Below, one piece after another: positions 17,710 to 27,232 of a stretch of DNA of 64,000 nt. The position numbers and the translations under genes were made by a program. Numbering within the stretch: the stretch's first letter is position 1; each line of letters begins with the position of its first letter. The DNA comes from Candidatus Omnitrophota bacterium (GTDB taxonomy: Bacteria > Omnitrophota > Gorgyraeia > Tantalellales > Tantalellaceae), in assembly GCA_043813915.1 (NCBI GenBank), contig JBDRKO010000012.1, positions 37,457 through 101,456 on the forward strand, read 5' to 3'. The notes under the pieces were generated by a model that was not told the DNA's origin, did no database searches, and saw nothing but the letters and a program-made list of their open reading frames with translations.

Positions 17710-19467
17710 ATGAAAAAAACCGACGAAACATTACAGAAACTCCGGCATAGCACGGCGCATATCATGGCTGACGCGGTCTCGAAACTGTATCCGGGAGTCA
17801 AATTAGGGATAGGACCTTCGATCGAGGACGGGTTCTATTATGATTTTGATTTTTCGGGATGCGTAAAAGATGCGGACGACAGAAAAGCCGGGTTTTTGAC
17901 GCCGGAAGATCTCCCGTTAATAGAACAGGAAATGAGGGAGATCATAAAAAAGGATATACCTTTTGAGAGAAAGGTCATCAAGAAAGAAGAAGCTCTAAGC
18001 CATTTCGGACTGAAAAAAGAAGTTTATAAAGAAGAGGTCATCAAGGAGCTCGAAGAACAGGAAGTATCATTATATCGTCACGGAGAGTTCGAGGATCTTT
18101 GTAAAGGACCTCATATCAAGAGCACCGGCGAGGTCAAAGCTTTTAAACTGTTATCTTTGGCCGGCGCGTATTGGAGGGGCGACGAGAAGAATCCTATGCT
18201 GCAGCGCATATACGGGACAGCGTTCGGGAATAAAAAAGACCTTGAAAGTTTTCTGGAGATGATAGAGGAAGCGAAAAAAAGGGACCATAGAAAATTAGGC
18301 AAAGAACTTGATCTTTTCAGCTTTAACGACCTTATCGGAGCGGGACTCGTGCTGTATCATCCAAAAGGCGCCATGCTCAGGCAGATAATCGCGGATCATA
18401 TCACGAAAGAGCACCTGAAAAGAGGATATGAACTTATTTCCAGTCCGCACATATTGAAAAGCGATATATGGGTACGTTCGGGGCATTATGACTACTACAA
18501 AGAGAATATGTATATATTCGAGAGCGAAAAACAGGAATTCGCCGTCAAGCCCATGAACTGTCCGGGGCATATACTGGTATACGGATCGAGGATGAGGAGT
18601 TACAAAGAATTTCCCATAAAATATTTCGAGCTGGGAAATGTATACCGTCATGAAAAATCCGGTGTTCTTCATGGCCTTTTAAGGGTGAGAGGATTTACGC
18701 AGGATGACGCCCATATTTTTTGCCTAAGAGATCAGGTCGAGGAAGAAGTGGGCAAAGTGATAGACTTTGTCGAGGAAACGCTTAATGTGTTCGGGTTCAA
18801 AGAATTCGAGATCGAGCTTAGCACCCGTCCCGCGAAATACATAGGAGAGGAAAAGGATTGGGAAGAGGCCACGGATGCTTTAAAAAAGGCTTTGGCCGTT
18901 AAAGGTCTGCCGTACGAGATAAACGAAGGGGACGGAGCGTTTTACGGGCCCAAGATAGATATAAAACTGAAAGACGCCTTGGGCAGGTCATGGCAATGTG
19001 CTACTATTCAGTGTGATTTCGCTCTTCCCGAAAGGTTCGATCTGACATATGTGGATTCTGACGGCAAGAACAAACGGCCCATTATGCTACACAGGGTCAT
19101 CCTGGGCAGTCTGGAAAGGTTCATCGGGGCGCTTATAGAACATTACGGAGGGGCTCTCCCGATGTGGCTCGCGCCGGTCCAGGTAAAAGTGATACCTATA
19201 GCCGAGGCGCATAAGGAATATGGCGAAAAAATAAAGCAAAAGCTGTTAGAGAAAGGCATAAGAGCCGAGATCGATATACGTAACGAAAAAATGCAAAAAA
19301 AGATAAGGGACGCGGAAATGGAAAAGGTCCCGTATATGGCGATATTGGGCGGACGGGAAGCCGCCGAAGATCAAGTCTCTGTGCGCAGCAGGAAAGACGG
19401 AGATCAGGGAGCTAAACCCGTGCAGGAATTTATTGACATCTTAATAAAAGAGAACGAAAATAGATAA
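17710..19467 (+). CDS. thrS: Threonyl-tRNA synthetase. The probable start is MKKTDETLQ; the N-terminal TGS domain appears to be absent.
   Basis: It has the second additional domain (HSTAHIMADAV) and class II catalytic motifs. Confidence 0.9.
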   Translation: MKKTDETLQKLRHSTAHIMADAVSKLYPGVKLGIGPSIEDGFYYDFDFSGCVKDADDRKAGFLTPEDLPLIEQEMREIIKKDIPFERKVIKKEEALSHFGLKKEVYKEEVIKELEEQEVSLYRHGEFEDLCKGPHIKSTGEVKAFKLLSLAGAYWRGDEKNPMLQRIYGTAFGNKKDLESFLEMIEEAKKRDHRKLGKELDLFSFNDLIGAGLVLYHPKGAMLRQIIADHITKEHLKRGYELISSPHILKSDIWVRSGHYDYYKENMYIFESEKQEFAVKPMNCPGHILVYGSRMRSYKEFPIKYFELGNVYRHEKSGVLHGLLRVRGFTQDDAHIFCLRDQVEEEVGKVIDFVEETLNVFGFKEFEIELSTRPAKYIGEEKDWEEATDALKKALAVKGLPYEINEGDGAFYGPKIDIKLKDALGRSWQCATIQCDFALPERFDLTYVDSDGKNKRPIMLHRVILGSLERFIGALIEHYGGALPMWLAPVQVKVIPIAEAHKEYGEKIKQKLLEKGIRAEIDIRNEKMQKKIRDAEMEKVPYMAILGGREAAEDQVSVRSRKDGDQGAKPVQEFIDILIKENENR

Positions 19468-19598
19468 GTGAGGGACAGTATAAAGGACGCATGTATCGCC
19501 CGGCTTAGGGATGGATATACGGGATATGTGCACATTAAAGGAGGCGGATCATCAGTTACAAACAGGCATATGACGGCAGGAACACGTCGAAGTACAAA

Positions 19599-20108
19599 GA
19601 TTTCACGCGCGTCAACGACAGGATACGGGCTGCCAAGGTCAGATTGGTGGATGACGAGGGGAATCAGATGGGAGTTGTAGAGATCAGAGAAGCGATCAGT
19701 ATAGCCAAAGAAAAAGGGCTTGATCTTGTTGAGGTAGCTTCAAAAGTAGACCCGCCGGTCTGCCGTATAATGGATTACAGTAAGTTCAAGTATGAACAGG
19801 AGAAAAAACAGAAGCAGGCAAAAAAGAAACAGCATATTACCCATGTCAAAGAGGTAAGGTTCAAGCCTAAAATAGAAGAGCATGACTATCAGGTAAAGAT
19901 GAAACAGATAAGGGTTTTTCTGGAAGGGAAAGACAGGGTAAGAGTATCCTTGCGTTTCAGGGGGAGAGAGAACGCCCATAAGGATCTGGGGATGGATCTT
20001 TTGAAACGCATAGCGACGGATGTAGCGGTCCTCGGGGAAATGGAGTATCCTCCGCAAACTATGGGGAAGACCATGATGATGACCCTGCTGCCTAAAAGTG
20101 AAAAATAG
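19599..20108 (+). CDS. infC: Translation initiation factor IF-3, with a probable non-canonical ATT start codon.
   Basis: The conserved N-terminus VNDRIRAAKVRLVDDEGNQ lies upstream of the first ATG/GTG/TTG. The frame opens at the stop at 19536 and contains no canonical start before the conserved residues. An ATT sits at 19599. Confidence 0.75.
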   Translation, partial: DFTRVNDRIRAAKVRLVDDEGNQMGVVEIREAISIAKEKGLDLVEVASKVDPPVCRIMDYSKFKYEQEKKQKQAKKKQHITHVKEVRFKPKIEEHDYQVKMKQIRVFLEGKDRVRVSLRFRGRENAHKDLGMDLLKRIATDVAVLGEMEYPPQTMGKTMMMTLLPKSEK

Positions 20109-20223
20109 TAACGAAAAAACAAGAAGAGTACAATAGGGAATAGTCGCCGGGAGAGGTTGGAATATCAAACCCAAGAAGCTCTAAAAACCCTACAAACTCA
20201 AAAAACTCGAACAGGGAGATATA

Positions 20224-20421
20224 ATGCCGAAATTAAAGACCAATAAAGGTGCTCAAAAAAGGTTCAAGCTCACAAAAAGCGGTAAAGTAAAAAGACACAA
20301 GCAAGGCGCAAGGCATATCCTGACGAAAAAGAGCAGGAGCAGGAAGAGATCTTTAAGATCATCGTCGTTAGTGGAGAAGACGATGGAGAAGAAGATCAGA
20401 AATTTATTGCCTTACGCGTAA
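20224..20421 (+). CDS. rpmI: 50S ribosomal protein L35.
   Basis: The N-terminus is [15 protein letters not shown]. Confidence 0.9.
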   Translation: MPKLKTNKGAQKRFKLTKSGKVKRHKQGARHILTKKSRSRKRSLRSSSLVEKTMEKKIRNLLPYA

Positions 20422-20534
20422 AACAGTCCGAAGGTCTAAAAGCCAAAAGGTCTAAAGGCCTGGGATCGAAAAATAGAACAACGGTCAGTATAACGCTATA
20501 CGCTATACGACATACTAAAAGATAAGGAGATGAA

Positions 20535-20882
20535 ATGCCAAGAGTAAAACACGCAGTAAGTTCGCTCAAAAGAAGAAAAAGGACCCTTAAATCCGTAAGG
20601 GGACACCGGGGAGCGAGATCAAAACTGCTTAGGACCGCGAAAGAAGCCTCGAGAAAGAGCATGGTCTCGGCTTACGGGGCCAGGAAAAAGAAGAAAAGCG
20701 ATTTCCGTTCCCTGTGGATCACTAGGATAACGGCGGCTTGTCAAGCGGAGGGGATATCTTACAGCAAGTTCATTGCTGCCCTTAAAAAAGCCGACATAAC
20801 GCTTAATCGGAAAATGATCGCGGATCTTGCCGCGACCGACATTAAGGCGTTCAAGGCTATCGTAAAGAAGACCAACAAGTAA
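20535..20882 (+). CDS. rplT: 50S ribosomal protein L20.
   Basis: The N-terminus is MPRVKHAVSSLKRRKR. It follows rpmI in the conserved operon order. Confidence 0.9.
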   Translation: MPRVKHAVSSLKRRKRTLKSVRGHRGARSKLLRTAKEASRKSMVSAYGARKKKKSDFRSLWITRITAACQAEGISYSKFIAALKKADITLNRKMIADLAATDIKAFKAIVKKTNK

Positions 20883-20889
20883 AAAACTT

Positions 20890-22236
20890 ATGAGAAAGCT
20901 GACACCACCGCAGCTTCTGATCTTCAGTTTTTTTTGTGTCATAATTTTAGGCACGGGATTGCTGTCCCTTCCCGCCGCTACGGTGGACGGCAAAGCCTTG
21001 CCGCTGGTAGACAGCATATTCACGGCCACAAGCGCTACATGCGTTACCGGGCTTGTTGTCAGGGATACCGGGACCGTGTTCTCTCCTTTCGGGAGATGGG
21101 TGATATTCGCGCTCTTCCAGGCCGGGGGGCTGGGGATAATGACCTTTTCCACATTATTCGCTGTTCTTTTAGGCCGGAAGATCGGGTTCCGCGAGACCGA
21201 TGTCATAAGGAGCACGCTGAACAGGAATAATATTCTGGGTCTTAAAAAACTTATATCATACATTTTATGCATCACGTTCATAGCGGAAGGAGCCGGGGCT
21301 TTACTTTTATTCCTCAGGTGGAAAGTCTCGACGGATTGGAGTGTGCTGGAGATAGCGGAAAAAGCCGTTTTTCATTCAGTATCAGCTTTTTGTAACGCGG
21401 GATTTTCACTTTTTAAGAATAACCTTGAGGGATTTTTTAACGATCCGTACATAAATCTCATTATGATGGTCCTGATATTTCTCGGGGGTATCGGTTTCAT
21501 AGTTGTAATGGATCTACTGGGACTATTCGTTAAAAAAGGACCGGCAAGGCGCATCAGCCTCCAGGCCAAAGTAGTCCTTACGGTATCGGCCGCGCTGATA
21601 TTGATGGGCGCGGTGCTGCTTATGATCTTTGAAAAAGACAATACGATGAAAGGCATGGCTCTGTCCGGCAGAGGACTGAGCGCGCTGTTCCAATCCGTAA
21701 CGGCAAGGACCGCGGGATTCAATACGCTTAATATCGGGACTCTGACGGTACCGTCACTTCTCTCGGTCATATTCCTTATGTTCATAGGAGCGTCTCCGGG
21801 GTCGACAGGCGGCGGGATAAAGACCTGCACGTTCGCGGTAGTAGCGGCTCTGGTTTTCGGAATGATGAAGAACAAGAAACGCGTTATGTTTTTCGGGCGG
21901 TCCGTGCCCAAGCAGATCATAAGAGAAGCCGTAGTGATATTTTTTCTGGCGCTATCATGGATATTTGCCGGGACAATGCTTCTGGTGTACGCGGGAGGGA
22001 CATTTACCAAGGGAGGCGATGTGCTGGTCAAAGCGCTATTTGAGGTAGTATCCGCATTCGGGACCGTAGGCCTTTCTACCGGGATAACAGGCGCTTTAAG
22101 CGGCGCCGGAAAAATGATCATTGCCGCGACCATGTTCGCCGGAAGATTGGGCCCGCTGACCCTGGCATTGGCTTTAGCGTTCAAAGAACGCAAGGATAAT
22201 TACGTTTACCCCGAAGAGAATATCATGGTGGGTTAG
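20890..22236 (+). CDS. trkH: Trk/Ktr-type K+ transporter membrane subunit.
   Basis: It is a multi-pass membrane protein with repeated pore-loop GGxG motifs (GGIGF, GSTGGGI). Confidence 0.8.
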   Translation: MRKLTPPQLLIFSFFCVIILGTGLLSLPAATVDGKALPLVDSIFTATSATCVTGLVVRDTGTVFSPFGRWVIFALFQAGGLGIMTFSTLFAVLLGRKIGFRETDVIRSTLNRNNILGLKKLISYILCITFIAEGAGALLLFLRWKVSTDWSVLEIAEKAVFHSVSAFCNAGFSLFKNNLEGFFNDPYINLIMMVLIFLGGIGFIVVMDLLGLFVKKGPARRISLQAKVVLTVSAALILMGAVLLMIFEKDNTMKGMALSGRGLSALFQSVTARTAGFNTLNIGTLTVPSLLSVIFLMFIGASPGSTGGGIKTCTFAVVAALVFGMMKNKKRVMFFGRSVPKQIIREAVVIFFLALSWIFAGTMLLVYAGGTFTKGGDVLVKALFEVVSAFGTVGLSTGITGALSGAGKMIIAATMFAGRLGPLTLALALAFKERKDNYVYPEENIMVG

Positions 22237-22285
22237 GCGCCGAGCACGTAATGTCCGAGGTGTGTCGAAACCTCCGCGTTTCGAC
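22236..22285 (+). repeat. Copy A of the dispersed roughly 50-nt element GGCGCCGAGcACGtAATGTcCGAGGTG followed by a hairpin, here GTCGAAAC-CTCCGC-GTTTCGAC.
   Basis: It matches the copies at 35908, 37219, 37268 and 39081. It starts inside the trkH stop codon. Confidence 0.8.
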
Positions 22286-22343
22286 CAGAAGTTAGAGGGT
22301 ATTTAGTATTCGGTATTTGGTATATGGTGAATGGCGGATGGTG

Positions 22344-22371
22344 GTAGAGGCACGGCATGCCGTGCCTCTAC
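22344..22371. repeat. Perfect 28-nt palindrome GTAGAGGCACGGCATGCCGTGCCTCTAC, followed by cggttcacaaatc.
   Basis: It is its own reverse complement. A second copy at 59100 differs only by a compensatory pair. Confidence 0.85.
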
Positions 22372-22417
22372 GGTTCACAAATCCCGAGCTATACGCGACA
22401 AAAAAACGGAGGAGAGC

Positions 22418-23098
22418 ATGAAACAATATGCCGTTATAGGATTAGGCCGGTTCGGATCCAGTGTAGCGAGAGCGCTGGCCGAAAAAGGGAATCAGGTCAT
22501 CGCGGTAGATAAGAACGAAGAGCTGGTCCGTGACATAATGGATGTTGTCGCGAAAGCGGTGTGTTTGGATGCCAGCGATGAAAAAGCCGTTAAATCGGCG
22601 GGTATCCAGAACGTAGACGCCGCTGTCTGCGGAATAGGAACGGATGTTGAGTCGAGCATCTTGGTCACACTGATGCTGAAAGAACTTAATATTCCGGAAA
22701 TAGTATGCAAGGCGACCAGCGCTGCCCATAAAAAGGTCCTTGAAAAGATAGGGGCCACCAAAGTGGTTCTTCCCGAAAAGGATATAGGCGAAAGGCTCGC
22801 CGCTTCTTTGATGTCCCTGTCAGATACTGTCCGCGACCACATAGGACTTTCCGGCAATTCCAGTATAATAGAGATAATCGTACCGGACGAATTCATCGGA
22901 AAGACCTTGAGAGAGCTCGATATCAGGGCCGAATTCGGCGTTAATGTCATAGCTATAAAGAAAAAGACAGAGGGAAGCAAAGAAGAAAAAATAAACGTTA
23001 CTCCTCAAGCTGATGACGTTGTGGTAAAAGGCGACATCCTTGTGGTTTTCGGTGAGAACGAGAAAATAGACGCTCTAAAATTGAAAAGCGAGGGGTAA
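22418..23098 (+). CDS. trkA: Trk/Ktr K+ uptake regulatory subunit (RCK N and C domains).
   Basis: It has the Rossmann motif GLGRFG. A GGAGAG RBS precedes the ATG at 22418. Confidence 0.8.
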   Translation: MKQYAVIGLGRFGSSVARALAEKGNQVIAVDKNEELVRDIMDVVAKAVCLDASDEKAVKSAGIQNVDAAVCGIGTDVESSILVTLMLKELNIPEIVCKATSAAHKKVLEKIGATKVVLPEKDIGERLAASLMSLSDTVRDHIGLSGNSSIIEIIVPDEFIGKTLRELDIRAEFGVNVIAIKKKTEGSKEEKINVTPQADDVVVKGDILVVFGENEKIDALKLKSEG

Positions 23099-23142
23099 GA
23101 GAGGCAAGGCCCAAGGAAGAAGACGCAACAAAGGCATGAACA

Positions 23143-24159
23143 ATGGACGTGACTAAAAACCTGGAACGGATAAAAGCGGATTTCGAGGCCGAACTTGCTT
23201 CTTGCCGAAGCGAAAAAGAGATAGAGGCGGTCAAGGTAAAATTTGCCGGACGAAAAGGGGAACTTACCGAGATCCTAAGGTCTTTATCGGGGCTTTCCGC
23301 CGAACAAAAAAAAGAAGCCGGAAAATACGCGAACATGCTCAAACTTGATATTTCCGCTAAACTGGACGAGGCAGGAAAAAAGGTCAGAAATGAGGCCCGG
23401 GTAGATGAGATCATAGATATAACGTTACCCGGCATAACGAGACCCGCGGGAACGATGCATCCGCTGACAAAGGTATTGGACAAAATAAACAATATATTTG
23501 TGTCGATGGGGTTCAGTATAGCCGAAGGTCCGGAGATCGAGACCGAATTCTATAATTTTGAAGCGCTGAATATCCCGCTCGACCATCCTTCAAGAGACGC
23601 GTTCGACACGTTCTATATCGACCGCGCACATCTGCTCAGAAGCCATACGTCGAATGTTCAGATACATATAATGCAGAACAGTCCCCCGCCGATCCAGGCG
23701 ATAATGCCGGGCAGGGTCTATCGGCCGGATGCCGTGGACGCGTCACATTCTTTTATGTTCCATCAGGTCGAAGGGCTTATGGTGGACACGGATATCACCT
23801 TCGCGGACCTTAAAGGGGTCCTTTCGATGTTTATCCGAATGATGTTCGGCGATAAAGCTAAAATGAGGTTAAGGCCGCACTTTTTTCCGTTCACGGAACC
23901 CAGCGCGGAAGTCGATATCTCCTGTATCATTTGCGGGGGGACGGGATGCCGGGTATGTTCCGGCAGCGGATGGCTCGAGATCTTAGGAGCGGGCATGGTA
24001 GACCCTAAAGTGTTCCAAGCGGTCGGGTATGATCCCGAAAAATATAAAGGGTTCGCGTTCGGTATGGGCGCGGAAAGAATAGCCATGCTGCTCTACGGGA
24101 TAGAGGATATCCGTCTTTTTTATGAGAACGATGTGAGGTTCCTGAAGCAGTTTAAATAG
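23143..24159 (+). CDS. pheS: Phenylalanyl-tRNA synthetase alpha subunit.
   Basis: It has the motif FPFTEPSAEVD and class II motifs. Confidence 0.9.
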   Translation: MDVTKNLERIKADFEAELASCRSEKEIEAVKVKFAGRKGELTEILRSLSGLSAEQKKEAGKYANMLKLDISAKLDEAGKKVRNEARVDEIIDITLPGITRPAGTMHPLTKVLDKINNIFVSMGFSIAEGPEIETEFYNFEALNIPLDHPSRDAFDTFYIDRAHLLRSHTSNVQIHIMQNSPPPIQAIMPGRVYRPDAVDASHSFMFHQVEGLMVDTDITFADLKGVLSMFIRMMFGDKAKMRLRPHFFPFTEPSAEVDISCIICGGTGCRVCSGSGWLEILGAGMVDPKVFQAVGYDPEKYKGFAFGMGAERIAMLLYGIEDIRLFYENDVRFLKQFK

Positions 24160-24246
24160 TTCGTAGAGGGTAGTTCATAGTTCGTAGTTAAAAGTAAAAC
24201 CAAGCTTTCCGCTATGAACTCCGAACTAAACCCGAAGGGTTTTACA

Positions 24247-26277
24247 ATGAAACTCAGTTATGAATGGGTCAAAGAATACGTTAAGACCTCGGTCAGTCCT
24301 GAAAAAATGGCGGAAGGGCTTACCATGTCCGGGTCCGAGGTCGGAGAGATGACGAAGGCAGGCAAAGACACCGTCATGGAGCTTGAGATCACTTCCAACA
24401 GGCCTGACTGTCTTAGCGTTATAGGTCTTGCCCGCGAAATTTCCGCGGTATTTGACGCTGATCTGACATTGCCTTCTTTCGGTCCCGTTCAGGAGAAAGG
24501 CGCCAAGAAAATAAAATGTGTAATACAGAACAAACAATTGTGCCCGCTATATACCGCTAGGGTCATAGAAAATATCACCGTCTCCGGAACGTGTAAGAAG
24601 ATAACAGACAGAATAACCGCGGTCGGCATGAGAGGGGTCAATAATATCGTCGATATAACCAATTACTGTCTTTTGGAGACGGGACAGCCCATGCATGCTT
24701 TTGATCTGGACAAGATAGAGGGCAGCGCGGTGTACATAAGGGAAGCCGCGGAAAACGAAAAAATAACCACAATAGACGGCATGGACAGGACGCTTAAAAA
24801 AGGGATGCTTGTTATAGCCGATGAAAAAGGACCGATAGCCGTAGCCGGGGTCATGGGCGGTAAACGGACCGAAGTCGGAGAACGGACCGTGAATATTCTT
24901 CTGGAAAGCGCTTATTTTGACCCGCTTTCCATAAGAAGGACCTCCCGGGAATTAGGCATTTCCACGGATTCCAGCTACCGCTTTGAGAGAGGAGTGGATA
25001 AAGGCATGGTCGAAAAGGCTTCCGCTCGCGCTTCCGCGCTTATTCTGAAAGAAACCGGCGGCACGGCTTCTCCCTTATCGGCCGAAGGAAGCGTTAAGTC
25101 AGAAATGACGATCATAAAATTCAGAGTGCCGGAAGCCGGCAGGATCCTGGGGATGACCCTGACAACCCGAGAAACCGGAAAGATCTTTCAAAGGCTCGGA
25201 ATGACTGTAAAAAAAGAGGAAAAGGATGTATTGTTCGTTGAGGCACCTACCTTTCGGGGGGATATCGCAAGAGAGGTCGACCTGATCGAGGAAGCCGCCA
25301 GGATATACGGTTATGAGAAGATCCCTTCGGAGATAAAAAAAATGATCCCTCAGGTAACGCGGAAACAGCGGGGGAGAGAGGTCCAGGAAAAGATAAAACA
25401 GATAATGACCCGGTCGGGCTTCAGCGAGATCATGACATACAGCCTCATCAGCGTCGCGGCCTCCGGAAGGTTCGCTATGATATCAGGGGACGAGGTCTCT
25501 CTTATTAATCCGCTGTCGGAAGAGCAGAAAGTGCTTACCCCGCAGCTGATCGATGGTATGATGAAGACCATTTCCTGGAATTTGAACAGAAATAGCAGGG
25601 ACCTCATACTTTTTGAGATAGGAAAGGTATATGCTCCCGGGAAAAACGGTTTTCTCGAAACAGCTGTCCTTTGCGCGTCTATGACCGGAAGCGCACGGAA
25701 CAATTGGGCTGAAGGGAACAGAAAAGCGGGATTGTATGATCTTAAGGGCGCCCTAGAGGCGCTTTTTGACGGGCTTTCCGTCCCGCCTGTTTTTAAAAAG
25801 ACCCGGATCGAAGGAATGGTCAATTGCGCGGATATACACATCGGAGAGTCTGACGAAAAAGAAGGCTTTATCGCGGAGATAGGATATGGGTTATCGGACG
25901 CGTACGGTATTTCTCAGAAAGTTTATGTCTGTCATGTCCGGCTGGATACTTTAACGGCTAAGGCTGTTCTGGACAGCAAATATGTACCGATAGCTAAATT
26001 CCCTTCTTCGGACCGGGATATATCCATACTGTGCGCGAGAGAGACCGCCGCGGAGGAGATAAAGAAGATCATATGCCGTGCCGGAGGACCGGCCGTTAAA
26101 GGGGTGGCATTCAAGGATATTTATGAAGGGGAGCAGGTCCCTGCCGGCAAGAAAAGCCTGACATACGGCATCAAATACGGCTCGGATGATAAGACCCTCA
26201 CCGACGCGGAAACAGAAAGCGTTCACGGCAAGATCAAAGAAGCTCTTATTAAGACCCTCGGAGTATCTTTCAGATAA
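24247..26277 (+). CDS. pheT: Phenylalanyl-tRNA synthetase beta subunit. It appears to lack the N-terminal tRNA-binding (Myf) domain.
   Basis: The start is MKLSYEWVKEYV. The B3/4 and B5 regions are present, and the FDX-ACB-like C-terminus reads KDIYEG. Confidence 0.85.
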   Translation: MKLSYEWVKEYVKTSVSPEKMAEGLTMSGSEVGEMTKAGKDTVMELEITSNRPDCLSVIGLAREISAVFDADLTLPSFGPVQEKGAKKIKCVIQNKQLCPLYTARVIENITVSGTCKKITDRITAVGMRGVNNIVDITNYCLLETGQPMHAFDLDKIEGSAVYIREAAENEKITTIDGMDRTLKKGMLVIADEKGPIAVAGVMGGKRTEVGERTVNILLESAYFDPLSIRRTSRELGISTDSSYRFERGVDKGMVEKASARASALILKETGGTASPLSAEGSVKSEMTIIKFRVPEAGRILGMTLTTRETGKIFQRLGMTVKKEEKDVLFVEAPTFRGDIAREVDLIEEAARIYGYEKIPSEIKKMIPQVTRKQRGREVQEKIKQIMTRSGFSEIMTYSLISVAASGRFAMISGDEVSLINPLSEEQKVLTPQLIDGMMKTISWNLNRNSRDLILFEIGKVYAPGKNGFLETAVLCASMTGSARNNWAEGNRKAGLYDLKGALEALFDGLSVPPVFKKTRIEGMVNCADIHIGESDEKEGFIAEIGYGLSDAYGISQKVYVCHVRLDTLTAKAVLDSKYVPIAKFPSSDRDISILCARETAAEEIKKIICRAGGPAVKGVAFKDIYEGEQVPAGKKSLTYGIKYGSDDKTLTDAETESVHGKIKEALIKTLGVSFR

Positions 26278-26334
26278 GCGCGGCCAAAAAAAATCTGTTA
26301 CAAAACATTTTCAAAGTGATATAATTAAGTTACT

Positions 26335-26510
26335 GCTAAGTGCGTGAAGCGGGAACGATGAATTGGACCAACACGATAAAATAGGGAATCTAACTTTGAC
26401 GTTTTCTTTATGGGAACGGCAAGAGGGTACCCACCTGGGAAACCAGGTCTCAATTCTCTTTCTGCGCACGGCTTGTCGGGGTAGGGCCGGAGAAGTCCGG
26501 CCCTATTTTT
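26335..26510 (+). ncRNA. Candidate roughly 175-nt structured small RNA or cis-regulatory leader, family unassigned. It runs from a promoter-like TTACAA-N17-TATAAT at about 26300-26326 to an intrinsic terminator.
   Basis: No coding ORF fits. It contains a GAAA-tetraloop hairpin CCTGG-GAAA-CCAGG. The terminator GGGCCGGA-gaag-TCCGGCCC plus T7 lies at 26475..26510. Confidence 0.3.
26475..26510 (+). terminator. Rho-independent terminator: an 8-bp GC stem, a 4-nt loop and T7.
   Basis: The sequence is gggccggagaagtccggccctattttttt. Confidence 0.7.
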
Positions 26511-26605
26511 TTAGGAACAGTTCAGCTTGCATAAGGAACGCAAAGAGCATAGGGCATGGCGCATAGAGTTAAGGACCGAGGGATCGAAGGGAATACGGAA
26601 TAAGC

Positions 26606-27007
26606 ATGAAAGAACAGGGAACGGTTATTACAAGAGACGCGGACACAGCTACGGTCCGAATAGAGAAAAGTGAAGCTTGTTCTAAATGCTGTTCCTGCGA
26701 GAACGCGCGGGCGAGGATCATAACGGTAACCGTGGATAAGGCCGCCGGTGTCAATGTCGGCGATATTGTGGAGATAGAGGTAAGCCCTTCGACGATGTTA
26801 AAGACATACTGCTTTATTTATCTTTTTCCGTTAATGCTGTTCGCGGCCGGTTCGCTGAGCGTATACGCGTTCCTGAAAGACCCTCTAAAAAGTTTTGCGG
26901 CAGGATGCGCGTGCGCTATGATATATTACGTTATAATCGGCAGATATATAAAAAAGAAAAAATGTTTTGACGGTAAAGTGAGCATCAATAAGGTTCCGGG
27001 GGAATAG
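26606..27007 (+). CDS. RseC/MucC-family (SoxR-reducing system) membrane protein.
   Basis: It has the Cys-rich N-terminus CSKCCSC followed by two hydrophobic helices, and the size (133 aa) fits. Confidence 0.55.
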   Translation: MKEQGTVITRDADTATVRIEKSEACSKCCSCENARARIITVTVDKAAGVNVGDIVEIEVSPSTMLKTYCFIYLFPLMLFAAGSLSVYAFLKDPLKSFAAGCACAMIYYVIIGRYIKKKKCFDGKVSINKVPGE

Positions 27008-27100
27008 AAGCGGGAAGTGAGACGATAGAGAACAGTTTAAAAAGTTAAAAGGTTAAAAGGTTTAATGTAGGGGCGGGGTTGCCCCGCCCTAATAATAAAG

Positions 27101-27135
27101 GGCGCGGAAACCGCGCCCGTACAGTTTTTATTTTT
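27101..27135 (+). terminator. Probable intrinsic terminator GGGCGCGG-AAAC-CGCGCCC plus a T-rich tail.
   Basis: It is a stem-loop followed by gtacagtttttattttt, downstream of the RseC-like gene. Confidence 0.5.
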
Positions 27136-27232
27136 AATTTCGCTATACGATATACGAATACAACGCTGTGCCCTATGCTCTGTGCGCTATGCGATACCCC
27201 GATATTCTATACTAAAACGACAGGAGGGAAAA

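Noticed and set aside
19468-19680. 70-aa ORF between thrS and infC.
   Set aside because: It overlaps the conserved IF-3 N-terminal coding region in another frame. Its translation is Arg/Thr-rich nonsense.
20934-22193. ORFs 20934..21230 (+) and 21372..22193 (-) inside trkH.
   Set aside because: They overlap a conserved multi-pass transporter gene. Their translations are Arg/Pro-rich GC-frame artefacts.
26335-26510. Identification of the sRNA candidate as 6S RNA, SRP RNA or tmRNA.
   Set aside because: The length fits 6S, but I could not find a central bubble or closing-stem pattern. The SRP helix-8 consensus (GGAAG...AGCAG) is absent. It is far too short for tmRNA or RNase P.
26363-26566. 67-aa ORF between pheT and the RseC-like gene.
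   Set aside because: It spans the intrinsic terminator hairpin and has no RBS. The region is better explained as structured RNA.
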